Numbered from the stretch's first letter, positions 34,401 through 47,633 are shown. The stretch: 64,000 nt of DNA from Mobula birostris (GCF_030028105.1 NC_092374.1:188450638-188514637), one strand, 5' to 3'. Program-made: numbers and translations. The notes: a model not told the origin generated them from the letters alone.

Positions 34401-37400
34401 TTTGCACCAAAGCAAAGTAGGTGCAATCTAATTTCTAGGCAATAATTTCCTGATGGATTTAAATTGAGGGATTAAGGTAAAAACTTGGGACATTTTAGCC
34501 ATTCTGTTCTATCTTTGTCTTCTAAAAAAATCTGTCGTTTTCTTCACACCACTGAATTGAGAAAAACAGAAAATTGAGATTCATCACTAATTGTAATATT
34601 ATAGTTTAAAGGGGTTTGTTGCTTTTTTATTGTCACATTCTGCAGCAAAGCATAGGCTGTCACTTCCATTTCCTTTCGTTATTTTTGTGCTTTTAGGTCA
34701 GTTAATGTCTGTATATCTGCACCGGGCTTTTAGGTAAACACAAACCAGAAGTAGAAATGAGCTAAATGTCAACTGTAATGTGTGAAGTCACTTTGGCGTG
34801 AACATCTAACACTCGAAGATGGAAGAACATTGAATATAACCATCCACAATTACAAATCATGTTTACATGAATTAGAACAGATGCAATATTTTTCTTTGGG
34901 CTGTTTGTCACGGTTATAAATAATTCACAAATGGATAAAAAATAATTTAAAAGGAAAATGCGTTTTTGCTTTAAAAAGATTCTAACTTTCAAACAGTATA
35001 TTAATTGGAAAACTTTTATACTTCAGTCATAATACAAAAGATAGAAATGCAGAAAATAAAAGCAAGAGTTGGCCATTCCTTATAATAACAGCTGATTGCC
35101 TCAGTACTCTTGATGGCGTGATCTCTTTAGTCATCTAACTCTTCCATGAATATACAGTATTTAATCACTTTGTTTTTAAGGTGTTCTGCGGTAGAGTTTC
35201 ACCACTAGTTGGTGAAGGTACAAATAACACTGCCTTGCATCTCAAGGCACCTTGACCTCTGGGACTGCCTGTGTGGAGTTTGCATGTTTTCCCAGGTAGG
35301 TCAGCTTCCTTCCACATTCCAAAGAGGCACAGATTGCCCATTGGTTAGCCACTGTAAATCGTGGGGTAGAATCTCGGGGAGATAATGGGAATGTGGGTAG
35401 AATAAAATGGGATTAATATAGGATTATGTTGACATGGAGACTCAGGAAGGCAGTATCCACACTAAGGACCTTCACCATCTGGGACATGTCCTCTTCTCAT
35501 TAGTACCAGAATCAGGTTTATTATCATGAGCATATGTTGTGAAATTTGTCCTTATGGAGAGCAGGTGCAGGAGTCTGAAGATCCACATGCAATGTTTGAG
35601 GAACAGTTTCTTCCCCTCCACCGTCAGGTTCCTCAATAGTCCATGAACCCATGAACACCACATCACTATTCCTTGTTTGCATGATTTATTTATTTTGTTT
35701 TTTATTAGTACTTAGTTTAATGGGTAAGTTTGCTGATGACATGAAGTCATATATCACAAGCAGGACATAGATTAGCTGAAATCCAAAGATCTGTGCAGGA
35801 GCCTGAACTGTCCACAAACTTATTAACTCCACATCATTATTCCACTTTTGCACTAGTTATTTATTTCTGTAACTTATAGTAATTTTAATGTCTTGCACAG
35901 TATTGTTGCTGCACAGTATATTTCATGACATATGCCTGCAAGGGGTTTGGAGTGGCTATGGTCCAGGTGCAAGTAGACAGAAGACCATGCCGGCATGAAG
36001 TAGATGGGCTGAAGGGCCTGTTTCTGTGCTGTAGCAGTCCATGACTTAATGGGACTTGCTTAACCTTTCTGCTTCCTGTTCTCAACGTGCTGCTTAGATC
36101 TCCAGCTACTGTATCTGCCAAGATCATCGTCATTGTTATGTGCCGTATTGTATGACGTGGGTGATCGTGGTCTTTCCAACACTGTGGTTGTTCTTGGTAA
36201 TTTTTTTTAACAAATGAGGTTTGCCATTGCTTTCTTCTGGGCAGTCTCTTTACAAGATGGGTGACTCCAGCCATTATCAATGCTCTTTGGAGATCGACTG
36301 CTGTCATCAGTGGTCACATAACCGGGACTAGTGGTATGCACCAGCTGCTCGTATGACCACCCACCACCTGCTCCCATGGCTTCACATGTTCCTGATTGGG
36401 GAGGGGGAGGCTAAGCAGGTATTACACCTTACCCAAGGGTGACCTGCAGGCTAGCAGAGGAAATGAGTGCCTTACACCTCCTTTTGCAAAGGAGTATCTC
36501 CACCCCAGCACCCGACATGTCAGCAACAGGTTCAGAGAGGCTATGTTCCAGAGGGGACTATGTAGAAGATTGGGTTGGCACGGACTGGAGGCCAAATGGC
36601 CTGTTTCTGTGTTACAGCAGTCTTTGCTAACACCCTGTGTTAAAGAGTTCCTTGTCTCTGCTGCCCTTCACCTTTAATCCGTTTCCTTGTCCTTGAACCG
36701 TCTGCTATTGGGAAGATGATATGTATTACAGGAATGTTGCACATTTTAGGGAGCTATGCATAAGTTAAAGCATATGCAACAGTTGTGGACATGCACAGTA
36801 GATACCTTGGGCAATGAAACACAGAAAGGTCATGATATAACCATTTCACAGAAGAATATTGCTTGTGTTCAAACACGGTGTTGGGAATGTGATTATTGTG
36901 ATGTATACCCTTTCAATTCTCATCTCCGTGCCCTCAGTACAATCATCTGAAAGCCCAGCCATAGCCCTATGGTCAATGGCCTCTTGGTCAGCTACCTCCT
37001 CTACCTAATGAAGTGGCCACAGAGTGTACCTTCCTGGTCTTCTGTGCTGTAGCCCATCCTCTTCAAGGTTTGATGTATCGTGCATTCAGAGAGACCCTTC
37101 TGCACACCACTGCTGTAACTAGCTGCCCTTCAGCTACCGCCATTTTCCTGTCAGCTTGAACCAGCCCGGCCGTTCTCCTCGGACCTCTCTCATTAACAAG
37201 GTATTTTCACTCACAGAACCTGCCGCTCACTGGACGTTTTCCTTTGTCGCATCGTTCCCTGTAAACTCTGGAGACTGTTGTGCATGAAGATCACGGGAGA
37301 TCAGCAGTTTCTGAGATACTCCGCCCAGCACCAATTATCATTCCACTAAGTCATATAGTCACATTTCTTCCCCATTCCGAGCAACAACTGAACCTCTTGA

Positions 37401-37758
37401 GCATGTCTGTATACTTTTATGCATTGAGTTGCTGCTATGTGATTGGATAATTAGATATTTGCATTAACAAGCAAGTGTACAGGTGTACCAATAAAGTGAC
37501 CACTAAGTGTATGCATGTAGGTCACTCACTATATGTAGAATGCTGATGCACAGCTTTACCACACCATCCTGTTTCTCCACCCTTCCACCATCACTAATAC
37601 AACATCCCTTGCCAATAGCCAGCACCAGATGAGCCAAAGTGTTCTCTAAGTACATATTAGAGAGCCCATATCTTTGCAGACTGTGGAGGAGCAGCAATTC
37701 AAGAATCAAATATCTACATGGATAAGATAATCTCAACGTTCCCCATGGTTGTGCTTAC

Positions 37759-37814
37759 CTGACCATTCTGAGAAGCATTTCCTCTTTTTGATCGTTTTTG
37801 AGCTCGTTTAGAAT
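37759..37814 (-). CDS. Gene B exon 4: first cytoplasmic exon
   Basis: Acceptor ttttttttcttcttag|AT, donor CAG|gtaagc, 56 nt, phase 1-0. Peptide (D)SKRAQKRSKRGNASQNGQ is a basic juxtamembrane segment. Confidence 0.8.
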
Positions 37815-38839
37815 CTAAGAAGAAAAAAAACTCATATTAGTCCCCCTTTGGCAATGATCAGTTGCTGGTCAGAACCTTGAATTGGTACACTCCAGCCAAA
37901 ATAATTATATATTAAACATTTAAAGTTGCACAGCTAACATCTCAACTAATTTTTTCTTCTGTCAAGATTATAAGGAGTTTCTGTCATGCAAACATTATGT
38001 ACTGTACTTAATTAATTTTTAACTGGAAGAGAAATGTTCTATCATAGATTCATTTAACAAATAGGATTGCAGAATATTCTATCATTTTAACTTTTATAGG
38101 AACTTCACAGCACTAATATTTAGTTATTACATTTATTAGTATTTGTTATTTTATTACTTTTGTAAAATGTTAATGTTGAGGAATTAATGGGTTCATGAGC
38201 AACAGTGGTTTCTACACCCATCCTAATTTGGGTGCCACGTATAACAGGCACTCAACTCAACCCATAAGATTGCCATGCAGAGAAAAGTTAAAATGTTACT
38301 AACTACACATATCATCATCATCATCATCATCATCGTGCCATGGAGAAATAGGATGATGTGATAAAGCCATGTATGGTGTAGAAACTGACCTACATACCTT
38401 CACTCAGTGGCCACTTTATTAGGTACACCTGTACGCTTGCTCATTATTTCAAATATTGTATCTAATTAGCTGACCATGTGGTAGCCGTGTCATTTGGTAT
38501 CTTTGACCATGATTGTACTTGGCAATTTTTCCTGCTGAAGACTTCTGACCCAAACATCGACTGTTTATTCTGCTCCACAGACACTGCCTGGCCTGCTGAG
38601 TTCCTCCAACATTTTGAGTGTTGCTGTGGATTTCCAGTGTCTGTCAATTCTCTTGTGTTTATAATGTTGTTTTTATGTGGCTAAACTGATCTCAGATTGA
38701 TAGAGGTACAATATGTAATCCATATAACAGCACAGCATTTTATTAGTTTTGTGTATTAATAAAATAATTGAAAGTTGTAGAAAACACACAAATATCATGC
38801 TCAAGTATAGGTAGGCTGTGCCATATCATAATTGCTCAC

Positions 38840-38941
38840 CTCTCCGTATCTTCATGGTAAAACACAAGAAAAACAAAATAAGAGTAAGAGTAACATATCG
38901 AATTTTGTCTTTGAACCCTGGAGTTTTCTTCTTGGCTGTAT
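38840..38941 (-). CDS. Gene B exon 3: stalk + transmembrane exon
   Basis: Branch ctgac and acceptor ttgttccacag|AT, donor AGAG|gtgagc, 102 nt, phase 1-1. Peptide (D)TAKKKTPGFKDKIRYVTLTLILFFLCFTMKIRR. Confidence 0.82.
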
Positions 38942-40219
38942 CTGTGGAACAAGTCAGGATTGGAAGTTCAAAGTTCAAGGTAAATTTTATTATCAAAGTA
39001 CATATATGTCACCATAAACAACCCTGAGATTAATTTTCTTGTGGATATACTCAACAAATCTCTAGAATAATAACTACAACGGAATCAATGAAAGAGTAGG
39101 GTGTTCAGCCAGCGTGCAGAAGACAACAGACTGTGCAAATGCAAAAAGAAGGAACAATAATAATAAATAAATAAGCAAGAAATGTCAAGAACATGAGATG
39201 AACAGTCCTTGAAAGTGAGTTCATTGGTTGTAGGAATATTTCAATGATGGGGTAAATCAAGTTATCCTCTTTCGTTGAAGAGCCTGATGGTTGAGGGGTA
39301 ATAACGGTTCCTGAACCTGGTGGTGTGAGTCCTGAGGCTCCCGTACCTTCTTCCTGATGGCAGCAATGAGGAGATATTCAGGTATTTCAAACTTGACAAT
39401 TGTCAAGCCAGTACATTCAATTAACCAATTTCCCCCTGGATCAATAAAGTATGACTATGACTATGACTATTTAGAAAGGAGGGGATCTCCAGCATGGGGA
39501 AAATTGGAACTTCTGCTAATTTCCAACTTAGATTTAGATTCTACATATAAATATAAAAATAAACATTTTATAAATATATAACTCAATAGTTTTATATAAA
39601 GTGGCCATACTTGCATTAACTGCTTCCATATAAGTACAAGTGGAAAATTAATTCTTTGGGTTACTGTAGGTTTATTTTTAAACTGATTCTCTCTGTGTGC
39701 ACGTTGAAAGGAACACTTAAAAGACTTTTTGACTTTTAGGGTGTGTCTGAGAAAAAGAAAACAATGTCACTCGCTTTCTGATCCTCTCACTCAGGTGGGA
39801 TAGGGTTGGGGTTACCTTGATGCCACTATGAAAAAGAAATGATTCCTTACTAATCTTTTGTGATTTTCTGACATTGTTAATAGATAAAGGCAAACTAATT
39901 GTGGTCTAACTGAACCCTCAGAAAGTCTTTGATGAGGCACCACAGAAGAGGTTGTTGATAATTAGAGTGCACACTATTGCGAGTAACATACTGACTTGGA
40001 TTGAAGATTGTTTAACGCATGAAAAGTAAAGATTAGGAATCTGACTAGTTTTAACCTGACAAGATTCAGGTTCGGAGATTTTGACCAGTGTAGGTATAGG
40101 AAGTTGGAGAGTGGGGTCCCAGCTACTTACTGGATATGGTGAAATTTTGATAAGGGAATCTTGTATAATATATATGAGACAGCTGGTGATATGAAGTACA
40201 GAGACAAAACACTTCAGGA

Positions 40220-40420
40220 CGCATGATAACATAGCAGTTAGTGCAATGCTACTTGAGTGCCAGTAACTCGGGTTCAGTTCCTGCTGATGTCTGTAAGAAG
40301 TCTGTACGTTCTTCCTGTGACCATGTAGGTTTCCCCCAGGTGCTCTGGTTTCCTCCCACATTCCAAAGATGTACAGGTTAGTAGGTTAACAGGTTGCATG
40401 TGTATTAGGCAGCGTAGGCC
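40220..40420 (+). mobile_element. tRNA-derived SINE, degenerate
   Basis: agcagttagtgcaatgc...gggttcagttcc and the central ccaggtgctctggtttcctcccacattccaaag domain. Confidence 0.65.
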
Positions 40421-41549
40421 TGTTACCAAGCTAAATGAAGAAAGAAAATAGATGGAAGATGCAGAATCCAGATGATAAATCATAATGGGCCATTTCCTAA
40501 TGTCCACTCCCTGTTTGCCAAGATTATTGTTCATCACTCCTATCCACTCCCACCCCCATTCTATCTGCATCTGGTTCCACCTATCACTGCCCAGCCTTTC
40601 TCCCATCCCTTTCTGACAGTTATAACAGCAATCTTTCCTTTTCCCTCTCAGTCCTGATGGAGGGTGTTGTCCTGAAACTTACTCTTTTTGTCTCTGCGGG
40701 TGCTGCTTAAACCTGGTGCTACAAAGTGGCAGTATGGTCTGTGAGGAGAATCCAAACGTGTTTTATGATGGCACAATTAAAATTTGTGACTGGGTAATGA
40801 CACAGCAAGTTGAATATAATGTGCAGAAATACAAGGGAGAAAAAGAGGAAGGAGGAGTATTTTCAAATGGTATGAGATTGACTGCCTTAATAGTCAGAGG
40901 GAGCTGGTTGTCCTTATAACATTTATTAATTTAGAGATGAGGCACAGTTACAGTCCCTTCTGGTCCAACGAGTCCCCAGTCGCCCAGTTAAAGCTCAAAG
41001 GACACTTTATTATCGAAGTACATATACTACCCTGAAATTCATTTTCTTGTGGGCATTCACAATAAATACAAAGAAACACAATAGAAATAGCAAAGATGGA
41101 CAAACAACCAAGGTGCAAAATCACACCCACATGACCAATCCATACATGACCAGAACGTGGGAGGAAACCGAGGCACCCGGAGGAAACCCACACGGTCACG
41201 GGGAGAACGTACAAACTCCTTACGGACAGGGGCGGGAATTGAACCTGGGTCGCTGGTATTGTTATAGCATAATGCTCACTGTGACGTTCCATGCAAACTC
41301 AGAAATAACATACGGGTGCGGTAGGCAAAGGAAGGTAAGTGACTTGAAATTTCAACACTATATATGCTGAAAATACAAAATAAAAAAAATTTGGAAGGTC
41401 TTCAGCCTGAGCTATTAACTCATTTCCTCTTTCCACAGATGTGGTCTGACCTACTGAATGGGTTTATGCCACGTGTATGTTGGCCTTTATTGTAAGAAGA
41501 TTTGAGTACAAAATGAGAAAGTCTGAGTCCATGCCTGGTGTGCTAGGTG

Positions 41550-43955
41550 CAATCTTGATATGGATTTGATGTACGCTAATGTTAAGGATGCATACAGCTC
41601 CTCTCCCCTCCCCCCACTGGGAAGATCAGATCACAACCTGGTGCATCTCAAACCCTGCTACGTGCCTCTGGTGAAGAGTAAACCTGCAACCTCGAGGACA
41701 GTGAGGAAATGGTCGGAGGAGGCTTATGAGGTGCTCCAGGGTTGTTTTGAGGTGACAGACTGGTAGGCACTCTGTGAGCCACATGGAGAAGATATTGATG
41801 GGCTCACAGAGTGCATCACTGATTACACCAACTTCTGTGTAGACTGCAATGTTCCGACAAGAACTGTCCTTTGTTATTCAAATAACAAGCCATGGGTAAC
41901 AAAGGACATTAAGGACATCCTGAATGCTAAAAAGAGGGTGTTTAGATAGATAGATATACTTTATTGATCCCGAGGGAAATTGGGTAAATTGGGTAGAGAT
42001 GGAAGATGGAAGATAGAGACGGAAAGAGGGAGGAGCTGAGGGCAATACAGAGGGACCTGAAAGCCAGGATCAGGGAGGCTAAAGACAGGTACAGGAGGAA
42101 GCTTGAGTGGAAACTCCAGCAGAACAACATGAAAGAGGTCTGGAGGGGGATGAGGGCCATCACTGGGTTCCGGCAAACTAGCAACAGAGGAGCTGAAGGC
42201 AGTGTGGACAGGGCCAATGAACTTAACCGGTTCTTTAACAGATTTGACATTGTGGCCCCTGCCCATCCCCCACATGAGCCATCTGTTGTCGGCCACCAAC
42301 CAACACATATTCCACTCTCCCCTCCTACCCCTCCTCACAGTCCCCCACCCTGCTCTCATGACCATACCCCTCCCCCACACGAAACCACCACGGTGGGCTT
42401 CACAGCTGAACAGGTGAGAAGACAGCTGAAACGTCTCAACCCAAGCAAGGCTGCAGGACCGGATGGTGTCAGTACCAGGGTGCTCAAAGCCCGTGCCCCT
42501 CAGCTATGTGGAGTACTTCGCCATGTATTCAACATGAGCCTGAGGCTCCAGAGGGCTCCTGTATTGTGGAAGACGTCCTGCCTCGTCCCTGTGCCAAAGA
42601 CGCCGCGCCCCAGCGGCCTCAATGACTACAGACCGGTGGCACTGACCTCCCACATCATGAAGACTCTGGAGAGACTTGTTCCGGAGCTGCTCCGGCCTAT
42701 GGTCAGGCCACACTTAGATCCCCTCCAGTTCGCCTACCAGCCCCGACTAGGAGTTGAGGATGCATCATCTACCTGCTGAACCGTGGCTACGTCCTCCAGC
42801 GAGCACCGTAAGGGTCATGTTTTTTGACTTCTCCAGTACGTTCAACACCATCCGTCCTGCTCTGCTGGGGGAGAAGCTGACAGCGATGCAGGTGGATGCT
42901 TTCCTGGTGTCATGGATTCTTGATTACCTGACTGGCAGACCACAGTACGTGTGCTTGCAACACTGTGTGTCCGACAGAGTGATCAGCAGCACTGGGGCTC
43001 CACAGGGGACTGTCTTGTCTCCCTTTCTCTTCACCATTTACACCTCGGACTTCAACTACTGCACAGAGTCTTGTCATCTTCAGAAGTTTTCTGATGACTC
43101 TGCCATTGTTGGATGCATCAGCAACGGAGATGAGGCTGAGTACAGGGCTATGGTAGGAAACTTTGTCACATGGTGTGAGCAGAATTATCTGCAGCTTAAT
43201 GTGAAAAAGACTGAGGAGCTGGTGGTAGACCTGAGGAGAACTAATGTACTGGTGACCCCTATTTCCATCCAGGGGGTCAATGTGGACATGGTGGAGGAAT
43301 ACAAATACCTGGGGATACGAATTGACAATAAACTGGACTGGTCAAAGAACACTGAGGCTGTCTACAAGAAGGGTCAGAGCCGTCTCTATTTCCTGAGGAG
43401 ACTGAGGTCCTTTAACATCTGCTGGACAATGCTGAGGATGTTCTAAGAGTCTAAGAGTCTGTAGTGGCCAGTGCTATCATGTTTGCTGTTGTGTACTGGA
43501 GCAGCAGGCTGAGGGTAGCAGACACCAACAGAATCAACAAACTCATTCGTAAGGCCAGTGATGTTGTGGGGATGGAACTGGACTCTCTGACGGTGGTGTC
43601 TGAAAAGAGGATGCTTTCTAAGTTGCATACCATCTTGGACAATGTCTCCCATCCACTACATAATGTACTGGTTGGGCACAGGAGTACATTCAGCCAGAGA
43701 CTGATTCCACCGTGATGCAACACTGAGCGTCATAGGAAGTCATTCCTGCCTGTGGCCATCAAACTTTACAACTCCTCCCTTGGAGTGTCAGACACCCTGA
43801 GCCAATAGGCTGGTCCTGGACTTATTTTCTGGCATAATTTACATATTACTATTTAACTATTTATGGTTTTATTACTATTTAATTATTTATGGTGCAGCTG
43901 TAATGAAAACCAATTTCCCCTGGGATCAATAAAGTATGACTATGACTATGACTAT
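41550..43955 (+). mobile_element. Rex1/Babar-type LINE, 5'-truncated, few lesions
   Basis: GRSDHNLV (APE end), [40 protein letters not shown] and KFSDDSA. 3' ttcccctgggatcaataaag(tatgac)n tail. Confidence 0.92.
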
Positions 43956-44920
43956 ATCCTCACTTAAATGACAACAGTTTAGATGGAGAGCAGCCAAGAT
44001 GCAGCTGAATGGTTCTTGGGACACTGGATCTGTGAATGAGGAGAAAGCCATAGTTGTCTTGAGCTTAGTGCAGTAGAATGTCATTGAAACATATAATATG
44101 AGGGTTGGACTAAGCAGCATAAATGTATGGAGACTGGCTTAAGGTCAGAGCCTCAAATAATGGGCAGGCCATTCAGGCCTGAGGTTAAAGAAATGTCTTC
44201 AGTCTGAAAGTGGTGAATGTTTGGCATTTTCTAACCTATGGCGAGAAGGCAGTCCGTGGAGAAGAGTGTGGATTTTTGGAAACCACATCTTTGAAATAAT
44301 CTTTAAAACGTGCCACCTCTTTAGTGTTATACACACGCTCCAATCTTCTTTTGTGGTTAGGCATCAAATTCTGTAAATTAGCCTTCAAGATTCCTGTGAT
44401 GTTTAACTACATTGAAAACCTGCATGAATACAACTCGCTGGGCTCGTCGTGCCTCATTTTAAATACAGTTTCAAAGTTCAAGGTAAATTAATTGTCAAAG
44501 TACATGTATGTAACCATATACTATCCTGAGATTCATTTTCTGCCAGGCATTCACATTAGAATAAAGAAATACTATAGAATCACAGATAAAACTACACACA
44601 AGGACTGGCAAACAACCAGCGTGCAAAAGAAAACAAACTGCAAATACAGTAACTGAATAAACAGACAAATAACCAAATGCTTTGTGTAAGAAATAAATAA
44701 ATATATAGACAGATACTGGGAACGTAAGTTCTAGAGTCGTTGAAAATGTGTCTACAGGTTGTGGATCAGATCTATGTTGAGGTGAGTGGAGTCACCCACG
44801 TTGGTTCAGGAGCCTGATGGTTGAAGTGTAATAACTGTTTCTGAACCTGATAATGTGGGACCTAAGACTCCTGTACCTCCTTCGTGCTGGCAGCAGCGAG
44901 AAGAGAGCAAGGCACGGCAA

Positions 44921-45044
44921 AAAAGTCCTTAAAAGTGTTTTCTGTACGCCAGATCAAACTAATCAACGCTTTAAAAGATAACTACAGTTTATACGTTTCC
45001 CACCTACAGTCCGAATCCAAACATTCTCAACAGACGGAACAAAA
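44921..45044 (+). repeat. Copy A of a ~124-bp local direct duplication flanking the gene B IgV exon
   Basis: Aligns by eye at roughly 80% with 45854-45978; shared blocks taaaagtgttttctgt, tcaacgctttaaa and cagtccgaatccaaacattctcaaca. Confidence 0.85.
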
Positions 45045-45063
45045 CTACTGGGAAGTTACCTAC

Positions 45064-45456
45064 CCATTATCTCCCCGTGGCCGGTTTCATTTGCGTTGTC
45101 AGCCTGGACAACTAAGTTAAAGCTTCCTCTTTCGATTCCTCTTGCCTGGCTAACAGATAATTCATAAAGTCCACTGTCGTTAATCTGCAAATGTTTCAGC
45201 AGCAGCGAAGCGTTCTCCGGGAAAAGAACAACCCGGTGTTTATAGAGATCAGAGTACGACATGACGTGGCTGCATTCATCTGAGTTGCTGTTTCGCTCTG
45301 ATATGCATCTGTATTCCACAATTCTTTTCCCAGCCCTGCTCCATTTGATCCGCAGATAACCCCGTGGGTCCGAGATTGTGTAAGAGGCGGGTAGGAGCAC
45401 AGAATGGTCCACGCTTCCGTTCAAGCGGTTCTGATGTACCCTCAGTGTTGCAACGG
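45064..45456 (-). CDS. Gene B exon 2: IgV-type domain + short stalk
   Basis: Acceptor ttttgtatcactctccacctttag|CC, donor ATGG|gtaggt, 393 nt, phase 1-1. Motifs SVLLPAS, IKWS, HRVVLFPENASLLLKHLQINDSGLYELSV; no B/F-strand Cys. Four sequons (NGS, NAS, NDS, NET). Confidence 0.92.
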
Positions 45457-45853
45457 CTAAAGGTGGAGAGTGATACAAAACGAAATGATATTTAAATGAT
45501 AAAACTAATCATTGCTTAAACGACAGTGTATCACTAATTACAAAAACGAAAACGCTCTCCGGTGTTTGACATTCCGCCGCCACCCGTAGACAGGGACATT
45601 AGAGGCGGAGTGGGCCATTCGGCCTTCGAACCTGCTCCGCCATTTAATACGATCATGGCGAATGTCAATACTGTGTTACTGCTCCCTTCTCAGGACCACG
45701 ATCTCTTTGCCAGAAGAAAGTACCTACAAAGTGACAAACAGGAGAACATCTGCAGATGCTGGAAATCTAAGCAACACGCACAAATGCTGGAGGAACTCAG
45801 CAGGTCAAGCAGCGCCTATGGATGCTGAGACGCTTCAGCAGACTGGAGGGAAC

Positions 45854-45978
45854 AAAAGTCCCTAAAAGTGTTTTCTGTCCATCAGAACAAACTCCTCAAC
45901 GCTTTAAAGGATAACCACAGTTAATATATTCTACCAGCTGCAGTCCGAATCCAAACATTCTCAACAAACCTAACAAAA
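45854..45978 (+). repeat. Copy B of the local duplication, lying between two oppositely oriented pLTR halves
   Basis: Flanked by a minus-oriented pLTR piece (~45726-45845) and a plus-oriented piece (~45983-46045). Confidence 0.8.
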
Positions 45979-46045
45979 GAGAACGTCTCGCCCCGAAACG
46001 TCGACTGTACTCTTTCGCATAGGTGCTGCCTGGCCTGCTGAGTTC

Positions 46046-46498
46046 TTTTTTATTATTTCAAAATATACTTTATTCAAAAATAAAATTACATACAATAAAC
46101 CATTCAATGAATCAATCCTTTACATACGTTTCCATTATGGTCTCTACATATCCATACTTTTGGCCACCCACGTGGCGCTCTGTTGTTTCACCTTCCCACA
46201 CCATTGTTGAGGGATACAGTATACTCCCCGCCACCCGACCCCTCCCACTCCCGCGGGAGAAGAACCCTAAACAGTGGTCCTTCCCCATCGGGCCCTTGCG
46301 GTGGCTGCACCGAGTTTCAGCGCGTCCCTCAGCACGTACTCCTGCAGCCGAGAGTGTGCCAGTCGGCAGCATTCTCCCACGGACATCTCCATGTGCTGGA
46401 AGATCATCAAGTTTCGGGCCGACCAAAGAGCGTCTTTCACCGAGTTGTTGATCTGCCAGCAGCACCGGATGTTGGTCTCCGTGTGCGTCCCCGGGAAC
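46046..46498 (-). mobile_element. Tx1 3' fragment (last ~77 codons + 3' UTR + A tail)
   Basis: FPGTHTETNIRCCWQINNSVKDALWSARNL...ARARWGRTTV is near-identical to the end of 9298-11118; the UTR has diverged (different subfamily). Confidence 0.92.
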
Positions 46499-47633
46499 AT
46501 CCGATTTCCTCTGTGTTCGTGATCTTTTGTTGCTGTAGCCCACCCACTTCAAGGTTCGACAGGCTGTGCGTTCAGAGATGCTCTTCCGCACATCACTGTT
46601 GTAACGAGTGGTTATTTGAGTTACTGTCGCCTTCTTGTGAGCTTGAAGAAACAGTCTGGCCATTCTCATTTGATATCTTAATATACCTAACTCCTTAAAT
46701 ACTTTAATTACTTGTCTTCAGTTGTCTTCTGTGGTCGGGAATTTCAAATGAATACAACACGGCGATATTCTTGGTCCCCAGGGATTTAATGCGGGAACTT
46801 TATATTCGCCGGGTCAGAATCTGAATTATTTCCTAACATCACTGGTAACTGTTACTATTAATACTATGATTCCTCCAAAAGGACCACAGCCCTGTCGTAG
46901 TTTGGAGGCTTGTATGCCTCAATGACCGGGAGAGCTTTGTTGGCTGGAGGCAGGGGCTTTGTGGTTTGGCTCTTGGTAGGGTCGCCCATGCCAAACAGGT
47001 CAATGGGCAGAGGCCAGACGAAGAGTGGCCTACCAGTCCTCCAGGTTCGGGGGTTCAGCTCAGGGCGAACAACCCAAACTGGTAAAACAAAATTGTTACG
47101 GAAACTTCAACATCTGAGTGCGATGGTGTGCTGAGTCCCCGGGTGGGACTTGCATGTCTAACAGTAGTCGTGAAAGCCGAGCTGTGACACGAAGAATCCC
47201 TGAACACCGCCAGAGATGGTGGACCTTCTCTGCTGCCCCAAATGCCAGCGGTGAGAAATAGGCAGTCAGTATCACTAAGATTGTAGTGTTAATCACGTTC
47301 TTTGTAGCATTCCGCCGGCAATTCTATGCCTTCTTCTTGTAGTTTTACACTGATCGATGAACAGTGTAGGGAGGTTGTCAAAGAGGAGCAGGGGCATCCC
47401 AGTGGAACTGGGGGCAGTCTGGCCCTGCGATTATCCACCCGATAATCACACAAAAATAATCAAACCAGGTGCTCACTTTGAGCAGAACCACGATTTACAG
47501 CGGTGTAAATATATTTTCCAAAACGGTAGCTCCGCTGGATATATTTTCGCCAAGGTAATCATCCGTGATATTTTTCCTACTCTTCGGCAATTATGATTGC
47601 AAGATGGACATTACACGAGTAGGAAGCACTTAC

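Noticed and set aside
34522-34551. Definitive terminal exon of gene B (WCEENDRFF*)
   Set aside because: The acceptor is strong and the phase fits, but no nearby minus-strand poly(A) signal was seen. Kept only as an alternative in the findings.
689-45456. Both IgV exons belonging to one two-domain gene
   Set aside because: Each V exon has its own phase-matched leader exon, and TM/cytoplasmic exons follow the 45064-45456 exon, so two genes fit better.
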